Below, one piece after another: positions 62,301 to 63,370 of a DNA stretch of 63,370 bases. Origin of the DNA: Nemertoderma westbladi (Eukaryota > Animalia > Xenacoelomorpha); assembly GCA_032718475.1 (NCBI GenBank), contig JAUCBJ010009121.1, positions 1 to 63,370 on the forward strand, in the 5' to 3' direction. The translations under genes and the position numbers were made by a program. Under the pieces are notes generated by a model. It was not told the origin of the DNA. It saw nothing but the letters and a program-made list of their open reading frames with translations, and searched no databases. Every line of letters begins with the position of its first letter. Positions within the stretch are counted from its first letter, which is position 1.

Positions 62301-63370
62301 GTCGTCTATTAGTATATTGTTCTCTACCTGGTCAACCAACCTGTCGTCTATTAGTATATTGTCCTCCACCTGGTTAACCAACCTATCGTCTATTAGTATA
62401 TTGTCCTCCACCTGGTCAACCAACCTGTCGTCTATTAGTATATTGTCCTCCATCTGGTCAACCAATCTGTCGTCTATTAGTATATTGCCCTCCACCTGGT
62501 CAACCAACCTGTCGTCTATTAGTATATTGTCCTCCACCTGGTTAACCAACCTGTCGTCTATTAGTATATTGTCCTCCACCTGGTCAACCAACCTGTCGTC
62601 TATTAATATATTGTCCTCCACCTGGTCAACCAACCTGTCGTCTATTAGTATATTGTCCTCCATCTGGTTAACCAACCTGTCGTCTATTAGTATATTGTCC
62701 TCCATCTGGTCAACCAACCTGTCATCTATTAGTATATTGTCCTCCACCTGGTCAACCAACCTGTCGTCTATTAGTATATTGTCCTCCATCTGGTCAACCA
62801 ACCTGTCGTCTATTAGTATATTGTCCTCTACCTGATTAACCAACCTGTCGTCTATTAGTATATTGTCCTACATCTGGTCAACCAACCTGTCGTCTATTAG
62901 TATATTGTCCTCCACCTGGTCAACCAACCTGTCGTCTATTAGTATATTGTCCTCCATCTGGTCAACCAACCTGTCGTCTATTAGTTTATTGTCCTCCATC
63001 TGGTCAACCAACCTGTCGTCTATTAGTATATTGTCCTCCACCTGGTCAACCAACCTGTCGTCTATTAGTATATTGTTCTCTACCTGATTAACCAACCTGT
63101 CGTCTATTAGTATATTGTCCTACATCTGGTCAACCAACCTGTCGTCTATTAGTATATTGTCCTCTACCTGGTCAACCAACCTGTCGTCTATTAGTATATT
63201 GTCCTCCACCTGGTCAACCAACCTGTCGTCTATTAGTATATTGTCCTCTACCTGATTAACCAACCTGTCGTCTATTAGTATATTGTTCTCTACCTGGTCA
63301 ACCAACCTGTCGTCTATTAGTATATTGTCCTCCACCTGGTCAACCAACCTGTCGTCCATTAGTATATTGT
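56368..63370. repeat. 42-bp tandem array, 110 or more copies, runs off the window end; unit = inferred last 38 nt of the upstream dynein exon + start of its 5' splice donor
   Basis: Minus-strand unit GTT GAC CAG GTG GAG GAC AAT ATA CTA ATA GAC GAC AG|GTTG; VDQVEDNILIDD(R) joins exon 55959 in phase (AG+A = Arg) and resembles DNAH5 EVEDAILEG. The array is certain; its exon origin is inferred. Confidence 0.95.
58044..60335. mobile_element. Foldback-type non-autonomous DNA transposon (2292 bp) with inverted arms of 15/17-bp tandem repeats
   Basis: Termini GGTTATATTGAAAAATATCGAGAC / GTCTCGATATTTTTCACCATTACC; 8-bp TSD TATTGTCC at 58036-58043 and 60336-60343; arms of AAAAATATCGAG(AGT/TGTTG) at about 58044-59510 and inverted at about 59830-60335. 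Confidence 0.9.

Noticed and set aside
56383-63359. Stand-alone repeat-protein genes (VDQVEDNILIDDRL)n or (SSTWSTNLSSISIL)n
   Set aside because: Frameshifts, stops and a foldback insertion break them; better explained as an amplified dynein exon end.

Overview
AT-rich animal genomic DNA; the species cannot be determined from the sequence. The minus strand carries four short exons (690 nt in total) from the N-terminal tail of an outer-arm axonemal dynein heavy chain (DNAH5/DNAH8 type). They splice in frame across GT-AG introns of about 15, 15 and at least 23 kb. Roughly three quarters of the window is tandem repeat, in seven unrelated arrays. An intronless GH99 endo-alpha-1,2-mannosidase (MANEA-like) gene is nested antisense in one intron. 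There are also RTE and other LINE fragments and several non-autonomous DNA transposons with readable target-site duplications (TSDs). The main observation is that three large arrays are amplified copies of the genes' own signal boundaries. A 76-bp array (about 230 copies) is a dynein 3' splice acceptor plus the first 45 exon nt. A 42-bp array (110 or more copies) appears to be a dynein exon end plus its 5' splice donor, in frame. A 21-bp array (about 125 copies) is the last MANEA codons plus the stop codon. Family assignments come from recalled motifs, no database search was run, and copy numbers are length/unit estimates.
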